A stretch of 42,500 nt of DNA, taken from NCBI GenBank assembly GCA_947589175.1, contig CANPZR010000001.1, positions 1 to 42,500 of the forward strand, written 5' to 3'. Source of the stretch: an uncultured Lachnospiraceae bacterium. GTDB taxonomy: Bacteria > Bacillota > Clostridia > Lachnospirales > Lachnospiraceae. Positions 12,245-20,604 of this stretch are shown here, piece after piece; positions within the stretch are counted from its first letter, which is position 1; each line of letters starts with the position of its first letter. A program made the translations under genes and the position numbers. Below the pieces are notes generated by a model. The model did not search any database. It saw only the letters and a list, made by a program, of their open reading frames with translations, and was not told the origin of the DNA.

Positions 12245-13570
12245 ATGAAAGGAATGGCAAAGAGATTTTTGAAAATGGGTATCCGTACGGCATGGGCGGG
12301 GGCGCTGCTCATGGCCGGGGCTGCAATCGGAGCGGCATCCGGCGTTGCGGTACCGGCTGCGCCCGGCGCTGTGGCGCTGGCGGCAGAGACGGAAGAAGTG
12401 GCCATAGACGCCGAATCCTTTCCGGATGAGTATTTCCGGGAATATGTGCAGAAGCATGTGGACGGGAATCAGGACGGCGTCCTGCAGCGGGCCGAGGCGG
12501 AGGCCGTGACGGAGCTGACGCTGGATAAGTTCATGGATTCGGACGATCTGGACGGGATGGACGAAGATGAGCCGGCAGAGATTCACTACTACACGAAGGA
12601 TGAATTTGTATTCGACTGTAAGGGGCTGGAGCTGTTTGAAAATCTGTCCGATCTCAGTCTGGTCCTGAACGGCGGACTGACGAAAAACGGCAAGGATTAC
12701 CCGGTACAAGTGAGCCATATAAGCTCCCTGTACAAGCTGAAAAAGCTGGAGGATCTGCATATTTACGACATGGATCTGAAGCATTTTGACTGCGCGAAGC
12801 TCACCGGTTTGAAGAAGCTGTCGCTTTCCGATTTTTCCAGTATGGAGTCTCTGTCCTTTGGAAACAGCAAGGTTCTCACGAAGATATGGCTGTCCGATAT
12901 GCCTTCGCTAAACGCCCTGGACGTGTCTTCCCTGGAAAGTCTGAAGAGCCTGAGCCTCGGAGGCGCGGACGTGGAGAAAATCGTGTTCGGGAAAAAGAAC
13001 CGGAGCGTCCAATCGCTGATGCTAGACAGCGGAGATTCCAGTACCCTGTGCAAGCGGATGAAAAAGCTGAATCTTGAAAATCTGACGGAATTAAAGGAAT
13101 TATATATTACAAATTATAAAAATCTGAAATCTCCAGATCTGTCCCACAACAAAAAACTGGAACTGATTTTTATGGAGAACTGCCGTCAGGTGACCAAGAT
13201 CGCGCCGCTTAAAAATAAGAAGCTGACTCAGGTAGACATCTGGAACTGCCGGAATCTGAAAACGCTGGATCTGAGCAAAAACGACAAGCTGAACTGGCTG
13301 CGGCTGGACGGGATGAAGGTGAAGACGCTGCGGCTGAGCGCCAAAAACAAATTAAAGTTTTTCCGGTACGCCAACGCGGGATTGAAGAAATTCAACGTCA
13401 AAAATATAAATACCAAGACGATGAAAGATCTGCAGGTATACGGAAATAAGTTTAAAAAGATCGACCTGAGCAAATATAAGAACCTGAAAGACGTGACCGT
13501 GGACGAGGGCGTCCGGGTCATCGGCTGGAAACCGAAAGAAGGCGGGGGAATATACCGGGACGCGAAATAA
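12245..13570 (+). CDS. Secreted leucine-rich-repeat surface protein
   Basis: Signal peptide, FPDEYFREYV cap and many LxxLxL repeats (e.g. LKTLDLSKNDKLNWLRL). Confidence 0.8.
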   Translation: MKGMAKRFLKMGIRTAWAGALLMAGAAIGAASGVAVPAAPGAVALAAETEEVAIDAESFPDEYFREYVQKHVDGNQDGVLQRAEAEAVTELTLDKFMDSDDLDGMDEDEPAEIHYYTKDEFVFDCKGLELFENLSDLSLVLNGGLTKNGKDYPVQVSHISSLYKLKKLEDLHIYDMDLKHFDCAKLTGLKKLSLSDFSSMESLSFGNSKVLTKIWLSDMPSLNALDVSSLESLKSLSLGGADVEKIVFGKKNRSVQSLMLDSGDSSTLCKRMKKLNLENLTELKELYITNYKNLKSPDLSHNKKLELIFMENCRQVTKIAPLKNKKLTQVDIWNCRNLKTLDLSKNDKLNWLRLDGMKVKTLRLSAKNKLKFFRYANAGLKKFNVKNINTKTMKDLQVYGNKFKKIDLSKYKNLKDVTVDEGVRVIGWKPKEGGGIYRDAK

Positions 13571-13596
13571 GTGAAAAAGCAAAGGAGATCACAGAT

Positions 13597-15384
13597 ATGA
13601 AGCATGTGAAAGTTATATTTGCCATCCTGTTGAGCTTGGTTATGGTATGCGGCTGCGGCACAGGCGGCAGCGGTATCCAGAGCTCGGACGCCGGTCGCGG
13701 TCATGAGCCGCTGACGATACTGGCCACGGCGGATGTAGACAGGCTAAAAGAGGTGGTGAAGGAGAAATATCCGGAGATCGTCCTTGAAGTAGTTCCGTAT
13801 ATCGGAAAAAACTGGTCCCGTTTTACCTGCGACCAGATGATTACGGGAGACATGCCGGACATTTATAACACGACCCTTGCGTGGCTGAATTATCCCGACG
13901 CGATGAAGGAAAATCTGATTGATCTTTCCACCTATGCCTTCACTGACAATTACGACCCCACGCTTTTATCACAGCAGGAGCTCGACGGCGGGATTTATCT
14001 GCTGCCGTCAAAGTACTCGGTCTATTCCTGCGCCTACAATAAAACGCTGTTTGACAAGCACGGCTGGAAAGCGCCCGAGAGCTTTGAGGAGCTGAAAGCG
14101 CTCGCGCCCAAAATCAAAAAGGCGGGCGTGCGGCTCTCCGTCACCAATACCATGAACGCGGGGGTGGGATTTCAGTATGTCTGCAACCTCGCCGACACCA
14201 TCGACCTGTCCTCCCTAAAGGGCGTGCAGTGGCAGAAGGATTTTCTGAGCGGAAAGGCCGACGCGGCGGAGGGCTTTGGCGAGGCCATGAATTATATGCA
14301 GGAGTGGATCGATCTCGGAATGATCGAGGGAAGCGACGCCCTTGATGGAAAAGCGGCTTTTGAAATATTTGCGGAGGGGAATACCGCTTTTGCCATAGGC
14401 GGGGTGGACCGCTGGACGCAGAACGAGGACGGTACGGGCGATGTGTATGTGCCTATGCCGTATCTCTCCCGCGACGGTTCTAAAAATATGTATGTTACCA
14501 TGCAGTCGAAGAATTTCGGACTCAGCAAAAAGCTCGAGGAAAAGGGAAACGAGCAGAAGCTCGAGGACGCGCTCCATGTCATGGAGATACTCTCTACCAT
14601 AGAAGGACAAAATACATTTTACGATGCTATCACGACGAATATTTCCTCCCTGCGCGACTGGGAGGTCGATCCCGCAAGCCCGTACGCGTCCTGCATCGAG
14701 GACATGAAAAACGGGCACACGGCGCCGCTTCTCTATACCGGCTGGGAGGGGATTCTGGCGCAGGTCGGGGGAAACGTGCTCGACTACATGAACGGGAAAT
14801 ACACAAAGGAGGAAGTCCTCGGCACGATGGACAAGCTCCGCGACGACTGGCTGGAAAAGGGGGTAAATGCATTTTCAGAGGTCGATAGAAAATACGACCA
14901 GAAGGAGACGGCGCAGCTTGTCGGAAGGATTTTCGGCGACGCGGCCGGCGCCGACTGCGCGCTGATCTCGTTGAACACGGCTGTCGATAACTGCGCCATC
15001 CAGAACGGAAGCGGCATAAACGGATATATCATGCCCCTTCCTCTTACCGATGAGAGGATTGTGTCCGTCATTCCCACCGGCTGGAGCGACAATATAATGA
15101 CGGTGACGCTCACGGGCAGCCGCATCAGAGAATATGCCAAAAAGGGATATAAAATTGAGAGCGATGGGAAATCGGCCGTTTTTCCCTATGAGCTCTTTGT
15201 AAAGGGCGGGGAAGAGCTGTCGGATGAAAACGAGTACACCGTTGTGGTGTGCGGCGCCGATGATGAGCTTAGCGCCGAGGGAAATATTCAGGACAGCGGG
15301 ATTCAGGGATTGCAGGCTTTTAAGGATTTCTTTGATAAAAACGGCAATCCGGCAATGTCAGAGGAATTATTGGAGTGGAAATGA
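13597..15384 (+). CDS. Extracellular solute-binding lipoprotein with probable 5'-nucleotidase-like C-terminal domain
   Basis: Lipobox-like VMVCGC; SBP family 1 motifs YNKTLFDKHGWKAPESFEEL; C-terminal ADCALIS...TVTLTGSRI resembles the 5'-nucleotidase C domain (recognised by eye). Confidence 0.7.
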   Translation: MKHVKVIFAILLSLVMVCGCGTGGSGIQSSDAGRGHEPLTILATADVDRLKEVVKEKYPEIVLEVVPYIGKNWSRFTCDQMITGDMPDIYNTTLAWLNYPDAMKENLIDLSTYAFTDNYDPTLLSQQELDGGIYLLPSKYSVYSCAYNKTLFDKHGWKAPESFEELKALAPKIKKAGVRLSVTNTMNAGVGFQYVCNLADTIDLSSLKGVQWQKDFLSGKADAAEGFGEAMNYMQEWIDLGMIEGSDALDGKAAFEIFAEGNTAFAIGGVDRWTQNEDGTGDVYVPMPYLSRDGSKNMYVTMQSKNFGLSKKLEEKGNEQKLEDALHVMEILSTIEGQNTFYDAITTNISSLRDWEVDPASPYASCIEDMKNGHTAPLLYTGWEGILAQVGGNVLDYMNGKYTKEEVLGTMDKLRDDWLEKGVNAFSEVDRKYDQKETAQLVGRIFGDAAGADCALISLNTAVDNCAIQNGSGINGYIMPLPLTDERIVSVIPTGWSDNIMTVTLTGSRIREYAKKGYKIESDGKSAVFPYELFVKGGEELSDENEYTVVVCGADDELSAEGNIQDSGIQGLQAFKDFFDKNGNPAMSEELLEWK

Positions 15385-17654
15385 TCCGTATGAAAAAAAT
15401 ACATGTGGAGGGGACGCATATAAAGGGAACACATATAGAAAAAAGATATCATAAAATATTCTTAGTTGCCGCAGTCGTGGCTGTTTTTGCTGCGCTCTGC
15501 GGAATCTTTATCATTCGAAAATTATATTCCTCGCTGAACGACACGGTGTATAAGGAGAGAATCAGCCAGCTCTCGGAGATTACCGCTCAGATGTTTGACA
15601 GCACGGAGGAGGAAATTTCACAGTACTGGAATGAGGCAATCGAGGTGAGCAGGCGCTTAAACGACGCCAGGCCTCGCACGTCAAAGAAATTAACCGCATT
15701 TTTAAAAAAAGAAAATGAATACGGGCACTACGGGGAGGACGAGGCTGTGCCGGTCGTCATTGACGAGGACGGAAGAATGTACACGCCGGACGGGGACGCG
15801 GGAATCATAAGCGACACCGCTCCTCTGGTGAATTGTACAGAGCGCGTCAGCTTTATCAAATACAACACGATGAATGTCGAAAACGATATTGTTTTTGCAT
15901 ATAAGCTGGAATCGCCCGTGGAAATTTCCAATACGGGGCGGGAAATCCGCTTTGTCGGAGTCAGCGCGGGCATGGAAACGATCGGCGCAATTTTCAGGAG
16001 CTCCGCGTACAACGGCAATAACAGCACCTATATTCTAAGCAACGACGGCTCTAAGCTCTATGTCGATGAGGCCAGGCACAAAAATCTGGTGCCGGGATAT
16101 AATGTTTTTAATGTCATAAGAAAAGCCGCCGGAGAGGAGGGCCTGGATTTTGACGAACAGCTCGGCAGGCTGGCAGAGGGGCAGGTCCTCTCTCATGTGA
16201 AAATAGAGGGAATCGACTGTTTCTACGCGATGTATAAAATGCGGGACAACGACTGGTTTGTCATGTATATCAACCCCGCGCAGGAGGTGGCGCAGGGGAC
16301 GGTCGCGGTTGTCAATGCCGCGCTCCGGACCGCGATTGCGACCGCGGTATTTTTCCTGCTGGCCACCATAATTATTGTGCTGTGTCTGGCAAGGGCGCTG
16401 CACACGAGAGGGCTTCTGAGGGCCGAACATGTGGAGGGAGAAAAGCTCCGGCAGATGAACAAGGAGTTGGAGCAGGCAAAGTATGACGCGGAGCAGGCGT
16501 ACCTTGTTTCGCAGCGCGCCAACCATGCCAAGACCGCATTTTTGAACAATATGTCACACGACATACGGACGCCCATGAACGCCATCATAGGGTTTACTTC
16601 TCTTGCCGCCTCGCACATTGACGACAGGGAATCCGTCCAGAATTATCTCTCCAAAATCATGGTTTCCAGCGAGCACCTTCTCTCCCTGATCAACGATGTT
16701 CTCGATATGAGCCGCATTGAGAGCGGAAAGGTCAAAATTGAGGAAAAGGAGTGTTCGCTCCCAGCTATCATGAACGATCTCCAAAATATTCTCCAGTCCG
16801 ACGTCAAGGCAAAGAGCCTGAATTTTCATATTGACATGGTCGATGTGGAGCACGAGAACATCATCTGCGACAAGCTGCGCCTGAACCAGATTTTGCTCAA
16901 TATTACGTCCAATGCCATCAAATTCACACGCCCCGGCGGAACGGTCGCGCTGCGCGTGGAGGAAAAGCCGGACGCGCCGGAGGGGTACGCCGACTACCAG
17001 TTTATCGTGCGCGATACCGGCATCGGCATGAGCGAGGATTTTATTCAGAAAATTTTTGAGCCGTTCACCAGGGAGGAAAATTCGACCGTCAGCGGTATTC
17101 AGGGAACGGGACTCGGAATGGCGATCACAAAGAATATCGTGGATATGATGAACGGCACGATCGAGGTGAAGAGCAAGCCCGGAGAGGGCACGGAATTTAC
17201 CGTATCCGTCCGGTTCGGCGTGGGCGCGGGCGATTCCGAGCTGCAGGCGCAGGAGATCGCTCCGGAGCAGTTCGCGGGCCAGAAGGTGCTTCTCGTGGAC
17301 GATATAGACTTGAACCGCGAGATCGCGGTCGTTATCCTGGAGGAAGCGGGACTGGTCGTTGAGACGGCGTCGAACGGGCAGGAAGCGGTGGACGCCGTCA
17401 AAAACAGCGCGGGCGATATACGGCTTGTGCTGATGGATGTTATGATGCCGGTCATGGACGGCTATCAGGCGACCCGTGAAATACGAAAGCTGAGTGACCC
17501 CGCCCTTGCCCAGATTCCGATTGTGGCCATGACGGCAAACGCGTTCGAAGAGGATCGGATGGCGGCGATGGACGCCGGGATGAACGACCACATCGCGAAG
17601 CCCTTCCAGATTGACAAGCTGTATCGGATTATGAAGGATTATCTTGTGAAGTGA
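15375..17654 (+). CDS. Hybrid sensor histidine kinase / response regulator
   Basis: Two TM segments, FLNNMSHDIRTPMNAI H-box, NAIKFT, DTGIGM, GTGLG and a receiver domain (LLVDD...LMDVMMP...K). Confidence 0.93.
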   Translation: MEMIRMKKIHVEGTHIKGTHIEKRYHKIFLVAAVVAVFAALCGIFIIRKLYSSLNDTVYKERISQLSEITAQMFDSTEEEISQYWNEAIEVSRRLNDARPRTSKKLTAFLKKENEYGHYGEDEAVPVVIDEDGRMYTPDGDAGIISDTAPLVNCTERVSFIKYNTMNVENDIVFAYKLESPVEISNTGREIRFVGVSAGMETIGAIFRSSAYNGNNSTYILSNDGSKLYVDEARHKNLVPGYNVFNVIRKAAGEEGLDFDEQLGRLAEGQVLSHVKIEGIDCFYAMYKMRDNDWFVMYINPAQEVAQGTVAVVNAALRTAIATAVFFLLATIIIVLCLARALHTRGLLRAEHVEGEKLRQMNKELEQAKYDAEQAYLVSQRANHAKTAFLNNMSHDIRTPMNAIIGFTSLAASHIDDRESVQNYLSKIMVSSEHLLSLINDVLDMSRIESGKVKIEEKECSLPAIMNDLQNILQSDVKAKSLNFHIDMVDVEHENIICDKLRLNQILLNITSNAIKFTRPGGTVALRVEEKPDAPEGYADYQFIVRDTGIGMSEDFIQKIFEPFTREENSTVSGIQGTGLGMAITKNIVDMMNGTIEVKSKPGEGTEFTVSVRFGVGAGDSELQAQEIAPEQFAGQKVLLVDDIDLNREIAVVILEEAGLVVETASNGQEAVDAVKNSAGDIRLVLMDVMMPVMDGYQATREIRKLSDPALAQIPIVAMTANAFEEDRMAAMDAGMNDHIAKPFQIDKLYRIMKDYLVK

Positions 17655-17717
17655 GGGAAGGACGTGTGGAATAAGGCATCTTTGTGATGTCCCTTACAGG
17701 TAGAAAAAAATAAATCC

Positions 17718-17749
17718 AAAAAGGCATCTCGAGGAGGATGCCTTTTTTT
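17718..17749. terminator. Intrinsic (probably bidirectional) terminator between the kinase and the recombinase
   Basis: AAAAAGGCATC-tcgaggag-GATGCCTTTTTTT stem-loop. Confidence 0.75.
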
Positions 17750-17793
17750 GATGAAAAAATAAAGCAAAACAGCTAAGGAGGAAAGAAAAACCT

Positions 17794-18648
17794 ATGAAAA
17801 AAAGGAAAATCACACCCAAAGCACTGGAAAATTTCCGCGCGCATCTATACGGGCAGGAAAAGAGCAAAAATACTATAACAAAATACATGGGCGACCTGGA
17901 AAAGCTGCTGAAATTCGCGGCGGGGCGGAGCCTGGACCGGGAGCTGGTGCTGGAGTACAAGGAATATCTGAAAAACGAAATGGACTACCAGACCACCAGC
18001 GTCAATTCCTATCTTGTAGCGGCGAACCAGTTCTTTGAGTTTATGGGGTGGCACGATCTGCGGTTAAGGACATACAAAATCCAGACGGAGACGTTTATGC
18101 CGGAAAAGAAGGAGCTGACCAAAGAAGAATACAAGAAGCTGGTAAAGACGGCCGCGGAGACCGGGAAAGTCCGGATCGGCCTGGTCATCCAGACCATCTG
18201 CGCCACAGGCATACGGGTAGGCGAGCTGGCCTTTATCACCGTGCAGGCGTTAAAAAACGGCATGGCGTCGATCTATAACAAGGGAAAAGAGCGGAAGATC
18301 ATGCTGCCCGGAGAACTGCAGAGGAGCCTGCTCTGCTATGTCTATAAAAACGGCATAAAAAGAGGCCCCGTGTTCCAGACGAAAAAGGGAAAGGCGCTGG
18401 ACCGGAGCTATATCTGGCGGGAGATGAAAAAGCTGTGCCGGGTAGCGGGCGTCGATGCGGACAAGGTATTTCCGCATAATCTGCGGCATCTGTTCGCCCG
18501 GACATTCTACAGATTAAATCATGATGTTGTCAAATTGGCGGATATGATGGGGCACAGTAGCATTGAGACGACTAGGATTTATCTGAAAGAACCATATAAC
18601 GTGTATCGGAAGCAGCTGGAAAAGATGGATCTGTTGGTGGAGATATAA
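17794..18648 (+). CDS. Tyrosine recombinase (probable DNA invertase), catalytically intact
   Basis: TGIRVGEL (R), KGKER (K), HNLRH (HxxR), GHSSIETTRIY (H, Y); N-terminal SAM-like core-binding domain; adjacent to an inverted-repeat-flanked segment. Confidence 0.92.
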   Translation: MKKRKITPKALENFRAHLYGQEKSKNTITKYMGDLEKLLKFAAGRSLDRELVLEYKEYLKNEMDYQTTSVNSYLVAANQFFEFMGWHDLRLRTYKIQTETFMPEKKELTKEEYKKLVKTAAETGKVRIGLVIQTICATGIRVGELAFITVQALKNGMASIYNKGKERKIMLPGELQRSLLCYVYKNGIKRGPVFQTKKGKALDRSYIWREMKKLCRVAGVDADKVFPHNLRHLFARTFYRLNHDVVKLADMMGHSSIETTRIYLKEPYNVYRKQLEKMDLLVEI

Positions 18649-18678
18649 GTAATGGCAGTACACTGCACTGCCCCGCAG

Positions 18679-18736
18679 TGAGAAAAAACTGTAAATACAG
18701 TCTTTTCTCATCGCCCCCGTAGCGTAAGCGCTACGG
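18679..18736. terminator. Tandem hairpins 3' of the recombinase
   Basis: TGAGAAAA-a-ACTGTA-aa-TACAGT-c-TTTTCTCA (18679-18710) and CCGTAGCG-taag-CGCTACGG (18717-18736). Confidence 0.55.
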
Positions 18737-18747
18737 AATGGGAAAAA

Positions 18748-18766
18748 TCCACATAATTTATATTAT
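18748..18766 (+). repeat. Left inverted repeat (IRL) of invertible segment
   Basis: TCCACATAATTTATATTAT is the exact reverse complement of 18998-19016. Confidence 0.92.
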
Positions 18767-18791
18767 ATGAACTTCTCCTAGAATCAAGAGA

Positions 18792-18820
18792 AGTATACCA
18801 TACATCCGTGGCATATGCAA
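18792..18820 (-). promoter_or_regulatory. Sigma-A promoter inside the invertible segment
   Basis: Minus strand reads TTGCAT(18820-18815)-N17-TATACT(18797-18792) with an extended TG. Confidence 0.75.
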
Positions 18821-18997
18821 GTACTAAAATTTTCATATTTCAGCGTTATTTGCGTCCGTTTCATTTTTATAAATGTTTTATGATGGTATAAAATATGTTT
18901 CTTTGTAATTCGTAAGTTTGTCTGTTCTGTCTTTTTTTTCGCTTGAAAGGATCTGTTTATTTAACGTTTTTCCGCACGTTGCGGCTCTTTGCCCTCC

Positions 18998-19016
18998 ATA
19001 ATATAAATTATGTGGA
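18998..19016 (-). repeat. Right inverted repeat (IRR) of invertible segment
   Basis: ATAATATAAATTATGTGGA; overlaps an internal dyad CATAAT-ataa-ATTATG (18997-19012). Confidence 0.92.
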
Positions 19017-19072
19017 CAACTGCCGAATCAAGCGAAAAGGTGCGGTATTCTGTGCAGAAAGGAAGCGGATTC

Positions 19073-19633
19073 ATGTGGTATGTGGTGCAGGCTCTGGGCA
19101 GTGAGGACGTCGAAAAGGTGTGTGACAAATGCAGGATTGCCATGCCGGAAGGGGTGGCACGGAAGCTTTTTGTCCCAAAGTACATCTGTCTGAAACACTT
19201 TAAGAAGGAATGGCATGAAAAGCTGCTTCCCCTGTTCCCGGATTATTTCTTTCTGGATACGGAACAGCCGGAGGAAGTGCGGGAGCGCTTAAGACCGCTG
19301 TCCCGCATCATGAGGCCGGTGTGCGTCGGGGAGGACTTTGTTCCTATTTATCCGGAAGAACAGCAGTTCCTGGAAGAGATGATGGACGGGCGCCATGTCA
19401 TACGGAAATCGACCGGAAATCTGGTTGACGGAAAGTTAGATATTTACGAGGGGCCGCTCCGCGATGTGCAAAAACACGGCATGATCAAGAAGGTGGACCG
19501 GCACCGGAGGCTGGCCGATCTGGAAGTGCGGCTCTTGGGAGAGGCACGGCAGGTCCAGGTCACGCTGGAAATCGTAAAGAAGATCAATACGGCAGCAATC
19601 GGCGTGCCAGCTCTGGGAGGGATGGAGAGATGA
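19073..19633 (+). CDS. loaP: LoaP-like NusG-family transcription antiterminator (copy 1)
   Basis: MWYVVQ start, LFPDYFFL NGN motif, IYEGPL...IKKVDRHRRLA KOW; RBS AGAAAGGA. Confidence 0.85.
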   Translation: MWYVVQALGSEDVEKVCDKCRIAMPEGVARKLFVPKYICLKHFKKEWHEKLLPLFPDYFFLDTEQPEEVRERLRPLSRIMRPVCVGEDFVPIYPEEQQFLEEMMDGRHVIRKSTGNLVDGKLDIYEGPLRDVQKHGMIKKVDRHRRLADLEVRLLGEARQVQVTLEIVKKINTAAIGVPALGGMER

Positions 19634-19775
19634 GGACAATTACAGAAGAGCGCCCCGTAGAAAAGCCGTACAGGGCGGATGCCAGGTATGGGGTTATGGA
19701 AGAACGCTCTGGGGAGAAGTCATACAGGACGGATGCCAAATATGGAGCGATGAAGACAATTACAGAAGAACGTCT
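19630..19775 (+). repeat. Degenerate in-frame direct repeats at the 5' end of the second recombinase
   Basis: MRTITEER / MKTITEER and EERPVEKPYRADARYG / EERSGEKSYRTDAKYG, also visible at DNA level. Confidence 0.75.
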
Positions 19776-20511
19776 GGAAAATTTTAAACTGTGGCTTCGA
19801 AACGACGTCCGGGCCAACGAGGGGACTGTAAACCAGTACATCGACAAGCTGGGCACGCTGGAAGAATTTCTGGGCGACGGGGAGATCACGAAAGAGTCTC
19901 TGGAGGCTTTCAAAAGCTGGCTGGTGGAGGACCGGCACTACAAAAAGAGCAGCGCCAACACGTTCCTCTTTGCCGTCCGGGGATTCTGCCGGGCGATGGA
20001 ATGGGAGCCGGAGGTCACGGTCACGGCGTACAGCGTGGAACCCACGCTGTTCAATGACGGCGGGCGGTATATTTCCCGCGCCGACTATCAGAAGCTGGTG
20101 TCCACGGCGCTGTATCTGGAGGATTACCGGATGGTGATGATGATCCAGACGCTGTGCCATATGGATCTGCGCTTTTCCGAGATGGGACTGCTGACCGTGG
20201 AAGCGGTGCGGGAAGGGAAGATTTCCATCACAAGGCGGAAGCATACCAGGGAGATGAAGATTCCGGATTACCTGCAGGAGTCCCTGCTGGCGTACAGCCG
20301 CCAGACGGGGATAGAGGAAGGGATCCTGTTCCGGACGCCGGTGGGAAATCCCATCGACCGCTCCAACATGTGGAGAAATCTGAAACAGCTCTGCCGGCTG
20401 GCGGGAGTGGATGAGGAGCGGGTCACTCTGCAGAAACTGAAGATGCCGAGGATGCACGATTACTATCCGTTTTATCCCGTGGTGGACTGTTCGATGGAGG
20501 ATAAGCTGTGA
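19630..20511 (+). CDS. Tyrosine-recombinase paralog lacking HxxR and the catalytic Tyr region
   Basis: Aligns by eye with 17794-18648 (IQTLC..LR..E, DRSNMWRNLKQLCRLAGVD), but HNLR is replaced by QKLK and the protein ends before the GH...Y motif. ATGA overlap with the loaP stop. Confidence 0.8.
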   Translation: MRTITEERPVEKPYRADARYGVMEERSGEKSYRTDAKYGAMKTITEERLENFKLWLRNDVRANEGTVNQYIDKLGTLEEFLGDGEITKESLEAFKSWLVEDRHYKKSSANTFLFAVRGFCRAMEWEPEVTVTAYSVEPTLFNDGGRYISRADYQKLVSTALYLEDYRMVMMIQTLCHMDLRFSEMGLLTVEAVREGKISITRRKHTREMKIPDYLQESLLAYSRQTGIEEGILFRTPVGNPIDRSNMWRNLKQLCRLAGVDEERVTLQKLKMPRMHDYYPFYPVVDCSMEDKL

Positions 20512-20604
20512 AAATCACTTGGGAAAACCATCTAAAAAAAATGAGAATGACATCTGAGATGAAAATAGAGATGGTATGCGAGTCATGGGGAGGCAGAAGC
20601 GGTT

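Larger units (their letters stand above)
18748..19016. promoter_or_regulatory. Putative invertible promoter (inverton), 269 bp, OFF orientation as assembled
   Basis: Perfect 19-bp IRs around a 231-bp spacer that contains a minus-strand promoter; lies between a tyrosine recombinase and the first operon gene. Confidence 0.85.

Noticed and set aside
15393..15450. Short HVEGTHIKGTHIEK repeat at the kinase N-terminus
   Set aside because: A small in-frame degenerate duplication with no evident consequence.
687..17591. Many long minus-strand and alternate-frame ORFs (e.g. 2383-3117, 11840-12784, 16554-17591)
   Set aside because: Shadow ORFs of GC-rich genes with no recognisable motifs.
18864..18894. 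Plus-strand TGGTATAAAAT as an ON-direction promoter
   Set aside because: There is no convincing -35 and the DNA is AT-rich; it is weaker than the minus-strand promoter. Basal activity is not excluded.
19010..19072. ORF-track N-terminal extension of loaP1
   Set aside because: That ATG lies inside IRR. The family start MWYVVQ with an RBS is at 19073 and matches copy 2.
17794..20511. Recombinases as prophage or ICE integrases
   Set aside because: No phage, conjugation or excisionase genes, no tRNA or att direct repeats seen; the adjacent inverted repeats fit an invertase better.
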